This document shows positions 11,798 to 37,430 of a DNA stretch of 64,000 bases, one piece after another. The stretch spans positions 72,686,937 through 72,750,936 of the forward strand of contig NC_133617.1 of NCBI RefSeq assembly GCF_048593235.1, written 5' to 3'. A model generated the notes under the pieces. The model made no database searches. It was not told the DNA's origin and saw only the letters and a list, made by a program, of their open reading frames with translations. A program made the translations under genes and the position numbers. How positions within the stretch are numbered: position 1 is the stretch's first letter; each line of letters begins with the position of its first letter. The stretch comes from Sminthopsis crassicaudata. Lineage: Eukaryota.

Positions 11798-12302
11798 GCC
11801 CAGGAACCCCAGAAACTTTGGCTAAAAACGCTCGGTTTTGTGTGAGGGAGAAGGTAGTTATTGATCGGAAAGAGCCGGAAAACTTTGGGGAATGGGCCAC
11901 TGAGTGTGACTGGATACATTGTGGCTGAGACATTTTACGGCTGTCTCACAGGTCCGGTACATGAAGATCATTGAGAAGAGTGGTTACCAAGCCCTGCCCT
12001 GGGTTCGCTACATCACCCAAAGTGGCGGTAAGAGGACCCCTGGGGGGGGCAGTCAGCCTTGAGAGCGATGGGTAATTACCACAGAGTGAAGGTAAATGGG
12101 CCTCCACGCTTCCAGGAGGCTCTGGCCAGGTCCGGCTCCCCTCCCCCTGGAGACCACTGGCACTTTCCCTGTCTTCCTAGACAGGAGCTATCTATCGGGG
12201 AGGGGTCAGAGGGAGGAAAGGAGTTTTTAAATCCCCACTGTAAATGACCACTCTAAGGCAACTGTCCGCTCTTCTGTAGATTATCAGCTCCGGACCAGCT
12301 AG
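4748..12302 (+). CDS. AP1M2: AP-1 complex subunit mu-2 (mu1B), 12 coding exons, 423 aa
   Basis: Exons 4748-4789, 5251-5407, 7313-7380, 7497-7627, 8805-8952, 9156-9282, 10050-10192, 10301-10372, 10704-10862, 11270-11395, 11952-12027, 12280-12302 sum to 1272 nt and read MSASAVFILDMKGKPLISRNYKGDV...YITQSGDYQLRTS*, matching the mu1B paralogue (N-terminus MSASAVF, C-terminus DYQLRTS). All introns GT-AG except intron 2 (GC-AG). Confidence 0.97.
5408..7312 (+). other. AP1M2 intron 2, putative U12-type (minor spliceosome) intron with GC-AG termini
   Basis: 5' end GCATCCTTC (U12 consensus RTATCCTT with T-to-C at +2); branch-site TTTTCCTTGAC at 7288-7298 with branch A 15 nt from the terminal AG; boundaries fixed by protein homology (NLY/L-VAT). 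Confidence 0.8.
5552..6830. repeat. Minisatellite, about 35 degenerate units of ~37-40 bp, consensus close to GGGGTCTTCAAACCCCTTTTTATGGTTATGAAGTAYTT
   Basis: Cores of the form GRGRT-NNNCAA-AYCYY counted by eye from 5552 to about 6810; internal block 5882-6005 is repeated at 6114-6240. Confidence 0.95.
7780..8020 (-). mobile_element. MAR1-type CORE-SINE
   Basis: TTGGCAATACTGAAGTGATTTGCCATTTCCTTCTCC...TTTACAGATGAGGAAACTGAGGCA pattern. Confidence 0.65.
9730..9925. mobile_element. hAT/Charlie-like non-autonomous DNA transposon (MITE)
   Basis: Degenerate terminal inverted repeats TAGGATTCCTAAC ... GTTAAGAAACCTTG around an AT-rich interior; related shorter copy at 24866-24989. Confidence 0.5.
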
Positions 12303-12795
12303 AGAAGAACCCATCCCGGAGCGCCGGAGGCGGCGTCCTGCCCTGCGGACTTCCCGGCCCAAAGCTATTTTTTTGAGTGTGTGTGTGTGAGAGCGGACGC
12401 CCCTGTTCCTCCGACTATTCCGAGAAACCTCTCCCCTGTCTCTGAATGGGAGGGCTAGGGGCCGCTTCGGCCCTTTCTGTCTGAGGGGCACCTACGGCCC
12501 CTGTCCGGGAAGTCTGCCTTGCCTGTATATGGAAGGTGGGCTTGTGACTCTGAGTCTCAGGCCCTTATGGGGGCGGAGCCTGGAGACGACCCAAAAGCTG
12601 GAGCCTGTCTCAGAGCGGATTCTCCCTTAGGACACATAGGGTCCGCCCCGGCTCTCTCCTTCCTATTTATGTATGAAGTAAAGGGGGGGAACTGCTCTAC
12701 CCCCCCCACTGCCTCGGTGCCTTGCCAGGAGCGCCCGCCGTGCCTTCCAGCGCCCCGATTCTGAGAATGGGTTTTTCTCTAGCTTTAGATTTAAG

Positions 12796-12801
12796 ATTAA
12801 A
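12796..12801 (+). terminator. Candidate AP1M2 polyadenylation signal ATTAAA
   Basis: ATTAAA about 500 nt after the stop; no AATAAA seen in between. Confidence 0.4.
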
Positions 12802-13259
12802 GAAAGTTGAGACCCGCTCAATCCGCTGCACGGAGCAATCTGATTTTGTTAAAGTGTGGGAGCCAAGGAGCCGGGCGGGGGAGGGTGGCGCTGAGGCTGC
12901 CTGATGGGAGGAGGCAGATAGAACACGGGTCCGGGGTGGGGACGGTCCGAAATAAGCGCCTCTTAATGTGGGGTGAGGGTCCCCCTCTAAGTCTTGGGGG
13001 AGGGGTCCTGAGTCCTGGCGGGGGTATGTGAGGGTGAATGGGGAAGTCTTCAGTGCGGGTATTGGTGGGGCAGAGGAAGGGTCCTGAGTAGTGGTCTTAA
13101 TGCAGGGAGCAGCCGAATTGGGGAAGGGTCCTGGACTCGAGCACTGGTGGGACGGGGGTGGGCTGAGGGGGGGCACTCTCGCTGTCCGGGCCCCAGGGCG
13201 CGGAGGACCGGCTCCGACCTTGACCCTGCCACCGCTCCCTCAGTCAGTTACTCGATGTC

Positions 13260-13610
13260 TCTTTCCCGCCTGCCGCTGGCATTTGAAACTGAAAACCCCG
13301 CCATTACCGGGGCTCTGCCGGTCGCCCGGTCGTCGGCCAATCAGGAGCGACGCTGTGGGCCCCTGCTTGCGAAGGCGCCTAGGAGACGTGTCACCATTGG
13401 CCGGGACGGAGAACAAGGCGGGGCCTCGGAGGGTCGGGAGCCGGGCAGAGGAGGCCGATACAAAGTGTCAATTCGTAAGAAAACAAATACTCGGGGTTCA
13501 GAGCGCCCCACGTGGGAGCCGCAGCTCCACCCCCTCACGTCCTTTCTCCGGAGGCCGCGGCCGCCGGAGCTCAGAGTGAACCCCGCCCGCTCCGGAGGAG
13601 GAGGGAGGGT
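13260..13610 (+). promoter_or_regulatory. CDKN2D CpG-island promoter (E2F site, CHR, CCAAT boxes) and probable non-coding first exon
   Basis: TTTCCCGC 13262-13269, TTTGAA 13282-13287, CCAAT 13337-13341, ATTGG 13396-13400; donor GG|GTGAGT at 13609 pairing with acceptor CTCTCTCCAG at 14048. Confidence 0.6.
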
Positions 13611-14081
13611 GAGTTCGGGGGGAGACCCCAGGGGAGCCCGGCCCCCAAGGGGCGGGGGCCGGGCAGGGCTGCAGAGGCGGAGGAGCGGTAGGAAAAGGAG
13701 CGGGATTGGACCTCCGGGCTGCTTCCCAGCCCCCTCTCTAGATCCTGGCTGACAGGTGGGAGGAGCCCGTTGGGGAGGGGTCCGGATTTGGTTGCAGGCC
13801 GCCGGCTTTCGGAGAGGCTGAGAAGCCGGTGCTGGGAAGCCTGAGTCGGGCAGGCTCGAGGGGACGGCCCTCTGGCTCCCCCTGCGCTGCTTGTGGACCT
13901 CTCCAGGCGCCGGGGGCCCGCCGCTCGCCTCCGGGGCCTGGGAGGCCGGGCTGCGCTCGTCTCGGCTGAAGTGAGGGACCGCGGTGCTGCCGGGGAAGGC
14001 CGTGGCGCGTACCCCCGGCCTGACCCGCTCCGCGCGCTCTCTCTCCAGTCGGAGCCAGGTTGCCGGGCCTGTGGGACGGAG

Positions 14082-14748
14082 ATGTTGCTAGAGGAGATAA
14101 GCGCCGGCGACCGGCTCAGCGGGGCTGCGGCCCGGGGAGATGTGACCGAGGTGCGGCGCCTCCTTCACCAGGAGTTCGTGCATCCCGACTCCCTGAACCG
14201 CTTCGGCAAGACCGCCCTGCAGGTGGGCTTCTGCCCGGAGAGGCTCCGAGGGAGGGGGGGAGGCTGCTCGGCGGCCCTGCGCGAGGGTGAGGGAGGAAGG
14301 GAGGGAAGGGGAAGCTCACCTCACCATCCTTCGGGCCTGGATGCACAGAGCCTCTCCACACCTTGTCCCTGTCGCGGTTCCGTAGGTCATGATGTTCGGG
14401 AGCTCGCCCATCGCCCTGGAGCTTCTGAAGCAGGGAGCCAGCCCCAACGTCCAGGACGGGTCGGGCACCTCCCCGGCCCACGACGCCGCGCGCACGGGGT
14501 TCCTGGACACTCTGCAGATCCTGGTGGAGCACGGCGCTGACGTGAACGTTCCGGACGGGTCCGGAGCGCTGCCTATCCACCTGGCCGTGCGCGAGGGTCA
14601 CGCCGCTGTGGTCAGCTTCCTGGCCGCGGAGTCCGATCTGCAGCACCGCGACGCCGGGGGCCTCACGCCCCTGGAGCTGGCTCGGCAGTGCGGAGCCGGG
14701 CAGTTGGGGCGGATCTTGGAGAGGCACCTCCCTACTCCGTCGTTGTGA
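14082..14748 (+). CDS. CDKN2D: Cyclin-dependent kinase 4 inhibitor D (p19INK4d), ankyrin-repeat protein, 167 aa
   Basis: Coding exons 14082-14222 ([20 protein letters not shown]...FGKTALQ) and 14386-14748 ([43 protein letters not shown]...); 163-nt GT-AG intron. Confidence 0.97.
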
Positions 14749-15531
14749 ATGCGGGGCCCTTCTCAACCAGGACAGCTGGATGCCGTTCGGCACTGGTGGG
14801 GGTAGCCCCAGGAAGCCCCGAAAAACAAGCGGGAAGGCTTGGGGGAGGCTCTGGGAGGACGAGAGGGGCTATTCTCTCCCGATCCCATGCCTACCCGAGT
14901 GCTGAAGGTCCATCTCCTCCCCGCCCCCACCCTACCCCAAGTTATGGTTTGTTGGTGTTATTTGTGTGGTTATTTTCCCCCTTCGGTGTGATGTGAAACT
15001 CAGGGGAGGGCTGCGGAGAGCCAAGGGGCAAGCAGAGGCAGTCCAGCACTCCTGGACACAACAGGGAAGGTGGCCCGATAAACGGTTCAGTTCTGCTCTC
15101 CAGCCCCCGCCCCTTCCCGTCTAGCCGGCCCGGCTCGTGCGGGCTCTGGGCCCTTTCTGAGGACTGGGGCAATGCCCTGGCGCTCTCCATCTCCTGCCTG
15201 GTCCACAGGGGCTAGGAGCTCCTCTTTCCCTCCTATTCTCTCCGCCCCACCCCCACCCCCACACCTCAGGGGATTTCTAGGTTCCCAGAAGCAGCTATCT
15301 TTTGGCAGAGTCACCTCAGGGGGGCTCTAGGGGAGAGGAGGGCACTACTTCCTTTTGCAAACCCAGGAACACAATTGAATTTGAGGGAGAACAAAATGAA
15401 TGGTGGCGGGTGGAGTGTTCCATTATCTTTCGTTGAAGGCCTCTTTCCAGCCTCTTGTACAGAGTTTTTAAAAGATTCTATTTATTATGCTTTCTGAAGA
15501 AATGTTGTGTGGTAATTTAATGTTTTTAATC

Positions 15532-15537
15532 ATTAAA
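15532..15537 (+). terminator. Candidate CDKN2D polyadenylation signal ATTAAA
   Basis: Follows AU-rich 3'UTR sequence (TATTTATTATG near 15479) and precedes a T-rich tract at 15578-15588. Confidence 0.5.
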
Positions 15538-15972
15538 TTAATATTGAGCATTCCTTGACGAACTAGCTTTGGCCGCCTGTTTTTTTTGGGGGGGGGGAAT
15601 CAGCATCGAGGAAAGGAGTACTAGTGGGGGAGGGGCTTCGATTTCGGGGTTTTGTCTTCTATGCAGCATCCAGAGACGGAGTTCAGAGAGTATGTGCGCG
15701 GGGGAAGGGAGGTGGCTAGCCCCGGGGGCGGTGGGGGAGGGCTGGTGATTCCCAGGGTCCAGCTGGGGTTGGGTGGGGCAGTGGTTTGGGCATCGGGAAC
15801 GGAAGGGTGACAGGAAACCGCGAATGGAGCAAGAGCCCCCAGCTGTGCCCTCCGAGTGGCGCTGGGGAGGGGCCAGGACTTCCCCGCACCTAAGTCCGCA
15901 TCTCGTACCTCGGGACCAGCCAGTTCAGAAGAGCATTTCTTCTTCCAGCAGCTAGTTGGTCCCGCAGGCTGA

Positions 15973-25790
<9,818 letters not shown>

Positions 25791-25851
25791 GCATCCCAGC
25801 TCTCCGGTCCCCACAGCTGCCTTTGGGGGGAGGGGAGGGCTGGAAATGTCA

Positions 25852-25857
25852 AGTAAA
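25852..25857 (+). terminator. Candidate KRI1 proximal polyadenylation signal AGTAAA (variant)
   Basis: Only PAS-like hexamer noticed within 100 nt after the KRI1 stop codon. Confidence 0.35.
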
Positions 25858-26270
25858 AGTAGATTTATATAACACCATGACTGAGGGGCACCTGCTGGGC
25901 AAGTCTGGGCCAAGAGCTTTCTTCCTGTGTGACCTTTCTTTTTGGCACCCCATTTCCCTTCTTGGTTAATGAGGATGAACTAAATGACCTCCAAAGTTAT
26001 TTTCAATTCTTGATGCTAAGAATATACAATCGGCAAATGGCCTCAAAGATCTAAATTCTCAAGTCTCTGTGATGCTGTTTTCTAGGCCTGGAAGGTAGTG
26101 GTCCTGGGAGGGGCTGGGTCACTTTTTTGGTGACAGCTGCCTGGACAGAAGGGTCAGGCTTCCTCCTGGTCCCAAAGAGCACAATTGTCTGTCAGCAGAC
26201 TTCCTGCCCTCTGCCCATGGCCTGCCCTAGGAAGCCGCTCAATGCACTCAAGACACTTAACAAGTAGAGC

Positions 26271-26276
26271 TTTAAT
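26271..26276 (-). terminator. Candidate ATG4D polyadenylation signal ATTAAA
   Basis: TTTAAT on + strand about 300 nt downstream of the ATG4D stop. Confidence 0.5.
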
Positions 26277-26567
26277 TTCACCCTTGGGCCACAACCCAGC
26301 CAAAGGGAAGGGAGAGCCCAGCCCTCCCATTCCCCCCCCCTCCAGCCCAGGCTGATTTCCAGTGGAAACATGTTGCTACAGCAGAATCACAGTCTTGCAG
26401 GAGTGCTTTAAAGGTGTTGGGGATCAGTAATCAGCCCCAACCCCCAGTGAGCCTGAGAATATCGCTACCCCCTCCATCTGCAGGGCAGCTCCATCACGTG
26501 TATATAAATAAAAAATATATATATGTATGTACGTATATATTACAGACGCCGCTTCCCCTTGTCCCTG

Positions 26568-30936
<4,369 letters not shown>

Positions 30937-31129
30937 GGGCCTCGGTCCGGCTCCGGCTCGGGCTCCGGCTCTGCCCAGCTGCCGCAGGGCTGTGGGCGGG
31001 AGAGCCGCGGCTGGGCCCAGGGCCGGGGCATGGGTCCGAGGGCTGCCTGGCATTCCCGGGGTCCCGGGGCCCCTCCTCCTCCGCCCTCCCCCGCCCCGCG
31101 CGGGCCGGGTCCGCCCCGCCCCCTCTACC

Positions 31130-32300
31130 TGGGCGCTCATGCCCCGGCAGGGACCGGAGCGGGAAGAACCGGCCGCGGCTCACTCGGACTCGGAGCCCAG
31201 CCCGGCCGCCGCTGCAGCCCCGCGCCTGCCTCTGGCTCTCGTGGGGGCCCTGGCTCCGGCGGCTCCGGCCGCGCTCGCCAGCGCCATCTTAGCGGCCGCC
31301 GCTCGGCTCCCGGAAGGCCGGGTCCTGCGAGGCCCCGCCCCGGGCCTGCCCCGAGCCCCGACCCGGCCGCCGGGGGTGCGGACGCGAGGGGCCGGCCTGG
31401 GGACCTCCCGGGGCGCGGAGTCTGGGGCGGGGCGGGGCTCTAGCTGGGGTCCGTGCGTGGCCGTGCGCCGGCTGCCGACCCGAGTCCGGCGGGACTTGGG
31501 CGATTCTGAGAGGCTGGGACGGGAGTAAGGCCAAGGGGAGCCTACGCGGGGCCACGGCCAAGGGGAGCCTACGCGGGGCCACGGCCAAGGGGAGGAGGCT
31601 GGGCGGGAGAGGTTGGAGCTAGGTCCGCAGGAGCTGAAGCAGGCCGGGCTTCAGGGGCCACCCGTGGCTACAGCACATGCTGGGGGGGGCGGGGGGCGCG
31701 AACGGGAAAGGGAGACCGAGAGAGGGGAGCGGGAGGCGGGGAGGAGCTTGAGCGGGGCTGGGCTCTAAGCGCCACCCTGGAGTCCGTGGGAGTCTGGGCG
31801 AGACAGAGGGGAACATCAAGATAGGGTTGGGGAGAAAATGAAGAAGTAGGCTGTGGCCCGGTCGGTGCTGGAACCCGTGCGAGTTAGGGGATCCCAAGGC
31901 TGGACCCAAGCCCAGGAATCCGGGCTCATTCCGGATATCCTAGTCTCGCTTATCAGTCCCAGGCTGGGGGCCAGCTAACTCAGCCCAGCGCCCTCCGAGC
32001 CTGAGCCTCGGCACTGTGCTCGGGGGCGGACCTGGCGCTCGAAGGCTCCGGAGCCCGACTCCAGCTGAGTCACGCCTGGGGACTGAGCAGCAGCTCCGAG
32101 CGGAGGACGTGGCCGTCGGACCCGGGAGCTCGTGGCGGGTCCAAGTCCAAATGTGGCTCAGGAACTGACCCTCTGAGTTGAGGTTCTGAAAGCCTTTGGA
32201 CATGAAGAGCCCCGGCTGCCCAGCTGGTCCCGGAGAGAAGGCGAGAGGAGCAGGGGGCGCTCTTGGAGTGCGAGACGGGCTGGAACCGGCTGAATGCCCC
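31130..32300 (-). promoter_or_regulatory. ATG4D CpG-island promoter/first exon region
   Basis: Very high CpG density; YY1-like AAGATGGCG (minus strand, about 31282-31290), GC boxes near 31426-31437, ARE/AP-1 motif at 32064-32073. Confidence 0.6.
31529..31594. repeat. 27-bp tandem repeat, 2.4 copies (GGCCAAGGGGAGCCTACGCGGGGCCAC)
   Basis: Exact copies at 31529-31555 and 31556-31582, partial 31583-31594. Confidence 0.9.
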
Positions 32301-33869
32301 TTCCTTCTCTCTAGTCAGTCACTGACTCCGTTCCAGTCTCTTTTCCAACGTCCCAGAGTCCTCTCGGTTCCCTCTCCCCTCAGTCCGCCCTTCCTACCCT
32401 TCATCTGGACAATTCAACTTCCTCCTAACCTGCCCCACAGAACCCCTGTTCTCTCCCCGGCTCAACTATCCCGTGCAGGGAGATGGATTAGTCTTCCTTA
32501 GGGCAGTTTTGCCCCTGTCCCTGCTCCAGAGCCTTCAGGAGCTCCACATTGCCCACAGAATAAAATCTAAGCATGTTTATTCTGACGCCCGTCACAATGT
32601 TTCCAATCCCTCCTGAATCATTCAACTAACATCTGTTAAAGACCCTCTGTGTGTGGGGAGCCCTCCTCAAAGCTGGGAAACCTGAGATTCAGCTTCCTCC
32701 TCTGACCCTTCCTGGCCCTGGGAGAATCACAACTTCTCAGGGCAAACTATAACTTACAGAGAAGGTACTGAGTTGCATGGATAAAAGGTGTTTCCTCATG
32801 GAAATCCTTTATACCATAAAATCTCAGGTCCTATTCCTATGGCCTATTCAAACTATCACATTACTCTAAAGTTTTCCAAATGCCTTTAGGTAACAGTTTT
32901 TGAGAACAAAATGATAACTATGTAAAGTGCTTTGTAAACTTTAGGATCTTTGCTATAGAGATGAAGACATCTTTACTTTAGTGGTCACTTAGTTCAACTT
33001 TCCCTCCTCTTCTCTCCCATTTTATAGAGGAAGAGTCTGAAATCTAAAAATTTCAGTATTTATAGTGACAGAGACAAGATTTAAATCCAGGACCAACTCA
33101 CAAGTCAGTGTTCTTTCCACTGTGCTGCCTTGCCTAAAAGCACCATATCAATTATACCCCCTTCTCTCACTTACCTGGCTATAACCCTTCTTACACTTAA
33201 CTTTTCCCTTTACTCCTGTAATGGGTTCCATTTTTCATTGCTTCAAATCAAATAGAATCTGCTTTCTCTCTAGTGTAGGCAATAAACAGAGCCCACCCAT
33301 TCCTTCCCATCCATGTTTTCTCATAAGGCCACCCAGTATCTCAAAGGCCTTCCTCTATTCATTTTCCTGTGGGGGCTATTGCTAATGGTCCTCCGCCATG
33401 TCTTACCACCGTACTCCTGTGACTCTGTAGGAGAGAGTGAGATCAATGTCTTGCAAGTCAAGACATCACCCTCGTGATGTCACTGATCTTCCAGAACAAA
33501 GGATGAACAGCAACCTGTTTACCTGAATTAGAGACTGGCCTCTTTCCAGTCATAAACTTCCTTTCCTAATCTATTATATCCCTTATTCTACCTCCTCCTG
33601 GTTAGGTCATTCTTGGAAATACACCCACCTGAATGTGCCTGCCATGTAGTTCTCAGTTGTCCTTTGGGTCAGTAGCAACTGATTATTCGGAAACTGTGGC
33701 TATCATGGGATGTCAATGAGAGGATATTTGTATGTAATACAATACGAAAAGGAATGAAACTTTTGTGTTGATCAATTAGTATCCTTAAAATTCAGAAATT
33801 TCTCACACAGATCATCCCTTACTCTTAGAAGATTTTAGGTCTAATTCATGGATGATGATTGCTTGCCCC

Positions 33870-34140
33870 AGATATATTTATTGTTGTTTAGTCATTTTTT
33901 CCAGTCATGTTAAACTCTTCATCATCAAAATCCCCCATTTGGCAGTTTTCTTGGAAAAGATACTGAAATGGGTTGCCACTTCCTGCTTCAACTCATTTCA
34001 CAGATGAAGAAACTGGAGGAAACAGGGCTAATTGATTTGCCCTGAGTCATACAGCTAATTAATATCTGAGACCAGATTTGAGCTTAGGAAGATTTTGTTC
34101 AAATTTTAGACCCAAGATTCTATTCACTCTGCCACAAAGT
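33870..34140 (-). mobile_element. MAR1-type CORE-SINE
   Basis: TTGTTGTTTAGTCATTT...TTTTCTTGGAAAAGATACTGAAATGG...CAGATGAAGAAACTGGAG pattern. Confidence 0.65.
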
Positions 34141-36306
34141 TGCCCAACTTTAGATGGACAAATGAGAATCACACTCAAAGCTTTTTCAACAGATATCCAG
34201 GTGACACATTGGATAGTGCAGGACCTGGAGATGAAACGCCTGAATTCAAATCCAGCTTCAAACATAAACTGTGTGACCATGGACCAATCATTCACCTTTG
34301 TCTGCTCAGTTCCTCAGCTGTAAAATGGGAATAATACCTACCTCTCAAGGTTATTATGAGAGTCAAATGAGAACATTTCAACATTTGCAAATGGATAAAA
34401 TTCAAATTAGCACAGGACCTGTCACATAGTCGGAGATATATAAATGCTTGTTCCCTTTTTCTTCCCTTTCAACAAAATAGAAAACTACCCAAACGGTTTC
34501 TTCTGGCATAAAGTTCAAATGCCCAATTATCTCTGTAACATGATGACTCAGCAGAGCAGGATCTTCTATGAAGAAACACCCCACCCAGCTGTCAAAGTAA
34601 CCTTTAGAAACACAAGTTTTACCAATTCATTTCCTTGCTCAAAAATGTTCAGTGGCTCCCTGTTCCTTGTAGGGTAAAACTAACTACTTTCCACAAGGTG
34701 GCTCCAACCTACCTTTCCAGATGAATTTCACCTCCTCTTCCAGTTCCCTACATTCCAGCAGAACTGGATACCTAGCTGAATCCCAGGTTCTAAAGCCATT
34801 TCCCATCTCCCTGCCTTTGTACACAAGCAATCTGTCCTCCATGCCCAGAATGCCCTCTCCTCAACCTTGCCTCTCTGGCACAGCAAATAAGTGTCAGGAA
34901 GAGGAAAGTTCAGATCTTACTTCTGACACGTCTTAGCTAAGTGGTCGTAAATAAATCGAGCCTCAGTTTCCTCATCTGCAAAATGGGGAGGAGCCTAGTA
35001 GGGAAGAGGCTGCTCTAAGGTCCCATCCCTCTCTAAATCTCTGAGCTTCTTTCAAGGCTCTGCTCAGAGATCATCTCCTCCCCCAAACCTTCCCCGACGG
35101 ATTAGTGCTAATTAGTTAGCATTAGCTCCAAGTTCAAAGGATCTTATTCTTGTTTGTTTATGTACCTGTCTTGCTCCCGCATCCAAATAGCAAGCTCCCT
35201 AGACAAGGATTGTTTGGATTGTTTGTTTTCCCAGGAGCTGGCACTGTGCCTGTGAATTTTTTTCTGGTCCAGATCTATGATTTCATCCTTGTAACCTAAA
35301 ATTCAAAGAGAAACTCTCCTGGTAAAGGTGGAGGGAAAACTCCTCTGCAAAGTATAAGCAGAGAGAATTTACCTGAGATTCTGAAAAGTTGGGTTTCTTT
35401 CCTGGCATCCTAGAGCTAGTATGTATATGTCAGAGAGGCAGAACTCAGGACTGCCTGGCTCCTCCCACAATGCTGTATTCCCTCTTCAAAACTAGCATTT
35501 ATACAACAGCAATAAGGTGGCCAAAGGGTATTTTTCAAATGCTTTAGTTCCATTGCTTCTCAAAACAGTTTGAGAAGGTGGTTACTATTACTATCTTCAC
35601 TTTACAAATGAGGAAATTGAGGCAGCTGGGTCAGAGTTAGTAAATCTCTGAGACTGTGGTCTTTCTGATTCCTGGTCCAACACATGCAGCAGATACCCAA
35701 TTACTGTTTGCTAATTGAATTGTTGGACTTACAAGTACAGCTATCCTGATACAAGAGGGAATGGGGACAGGTCACTTTGTTCTTGACTTATACACATCAA
35801 ATGAAATGTTATCACAGTGATCAGTATCAGGCCACATAATATTAAATTTGCAGAGCTCCACATAGTAGTAGTAATTAATTGCAGGCTCGATATTGACTTG
35901 ATTGAGAAAATACAAGATGATTAAAAAAAAAAAAAGTTTGTTCGGTTTAGAACACTTTAAAGTGAATCTGCCTTTATCAATCAAATCCATTATCTGGATT
36001 TGAAAAATCATAACATGTGTGAGACAGGCAGATCACAGAAAGTTTACTTGCTTCTTTATGAAGCTGAGATATGCTGCCTAATTTGTCCACAATATCAAAC
36101 TGGAGATGCTTACTTAAATCTAGGCTCAAGGAAACTTGGAAATCACTCTAGGGCTCCCCATAGACTGTGAATCCCTGGCCCTATACCCTATCTCCCGGGA
36201 GTTCACAATTTCATTGGACAGACAGGAGAGGATGAAGGAAGGAGGAAAACATACATTAAGCACCTACTATCTGATAGCTGTTGCAGAACAGAAGAAATTA
36301 AAGCCA

Positions 36307-37135
36307 TCTATAGTGATCTGGAAAAAAAAATGTTCTAAATCACTCTTGATCAGAGAAATGCAAATTAAAACAACTCAGCTACCTCAGATCTCTCAGATTG
36401 GCTATGATGACAGGAAAAGATAATGATAAATGCTGGAGGTGATGTGGAAAAACAGACATCGATGTATTGTTGGTGGACTTGTGAAATGATCCAACCATTC
36501 TCAAGAGCAATTTGGAACTATGCCCAAAGAGCTATGAAACTGTGCATACCCTTTGATCCAGCAGTGTTTCTACTGGGTCTGTATCCCAAGGAGATCATAA
36601 AGGAGGGAAAGGGACCCACATGTGTAAAAATGTTTGTGGCAGCCCTTTTTGTGGTAGCAAAGAATTGGAAAAGGAGTGCATGCTTATCAATTGGGGAATG
36701 GCAAAATAAGTTATAGTACATGAAAATAATGGAAGATTGTTAATCTATAAAAGACTTAGATGAGCTGATGCTGAGTCAAGTGAGCAGAACCAGGAAAGCA
36801 TTGTACACAGTAGCAATAAAACTGTGTGATGATAAACTATGATAAACTTGGTTCTTCTCAGCAAGTCAGTGATCCAAGGCAATTCAATAAACTTTGACTC
36901 AGCAGAGCAGGATCTTCTATGAAGAAAACACTATCCACTTCCAGAGAGAAAACTATGGAGACTGAATGTAAATCAACACATGCTACAAGTGAACACATAT
37001 TCACTTTTTTTCTTTTTCTTTTATTTTTTTTCTCCTTGGGGTTTTTCCCTTTTTTTCCCCTTTTGTTCTGATTTTTCTCTCCCAACATGATTCATAAGGA
37101 AATATATAAAAAATGATTGTACATGTATAACCCCC
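36307..37135 (+). mobile_element. L1 3' fragment (ORF2 C-terminus plus 3'UTR)
   Basis: Translation CIPFDPAVFLLGLYPKEIIKEGKGPTCVKMFVAALFVVAKNWK is L1 ORF2 C-terminal sequence. Confidence 0.85.
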
Positions 37136-37430
37136 CATGTTGTTTTTTTACATGTAACTGGAGAAAAATTTTAAAAGGAAGAACAGAAAAGCTGAGTGGT
37201 TTTGAAAACAATGTATTACATAGATTTTTCTTGAAATGGAAATGTATTGTTTATATTGAATTTTATGTTCTGCTGTGTGGATAAAAAAGTTTTCTTTTTC
37301 TTTTCTCATTGTGTTTTAAAAAGAATAACAAGTTTTTAAAAATTTGTCCCCTTGGGGCAGCTAGGTGGTGAAGTGAGTGGATAGAGCACTAGCCCTGAAG
37401 TCAGGAGGACCTGAGTTCAAATATGACCTC

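Noticed and set aside
13893-14540. ARF-like alternative reading frame in CDKN2D
   Set aside because: The 215-aa ORF is coding exon 1 read through a GC-rich intron; the probable upstream exon (about 13460-13608) has no ATG to start an alternative frame.
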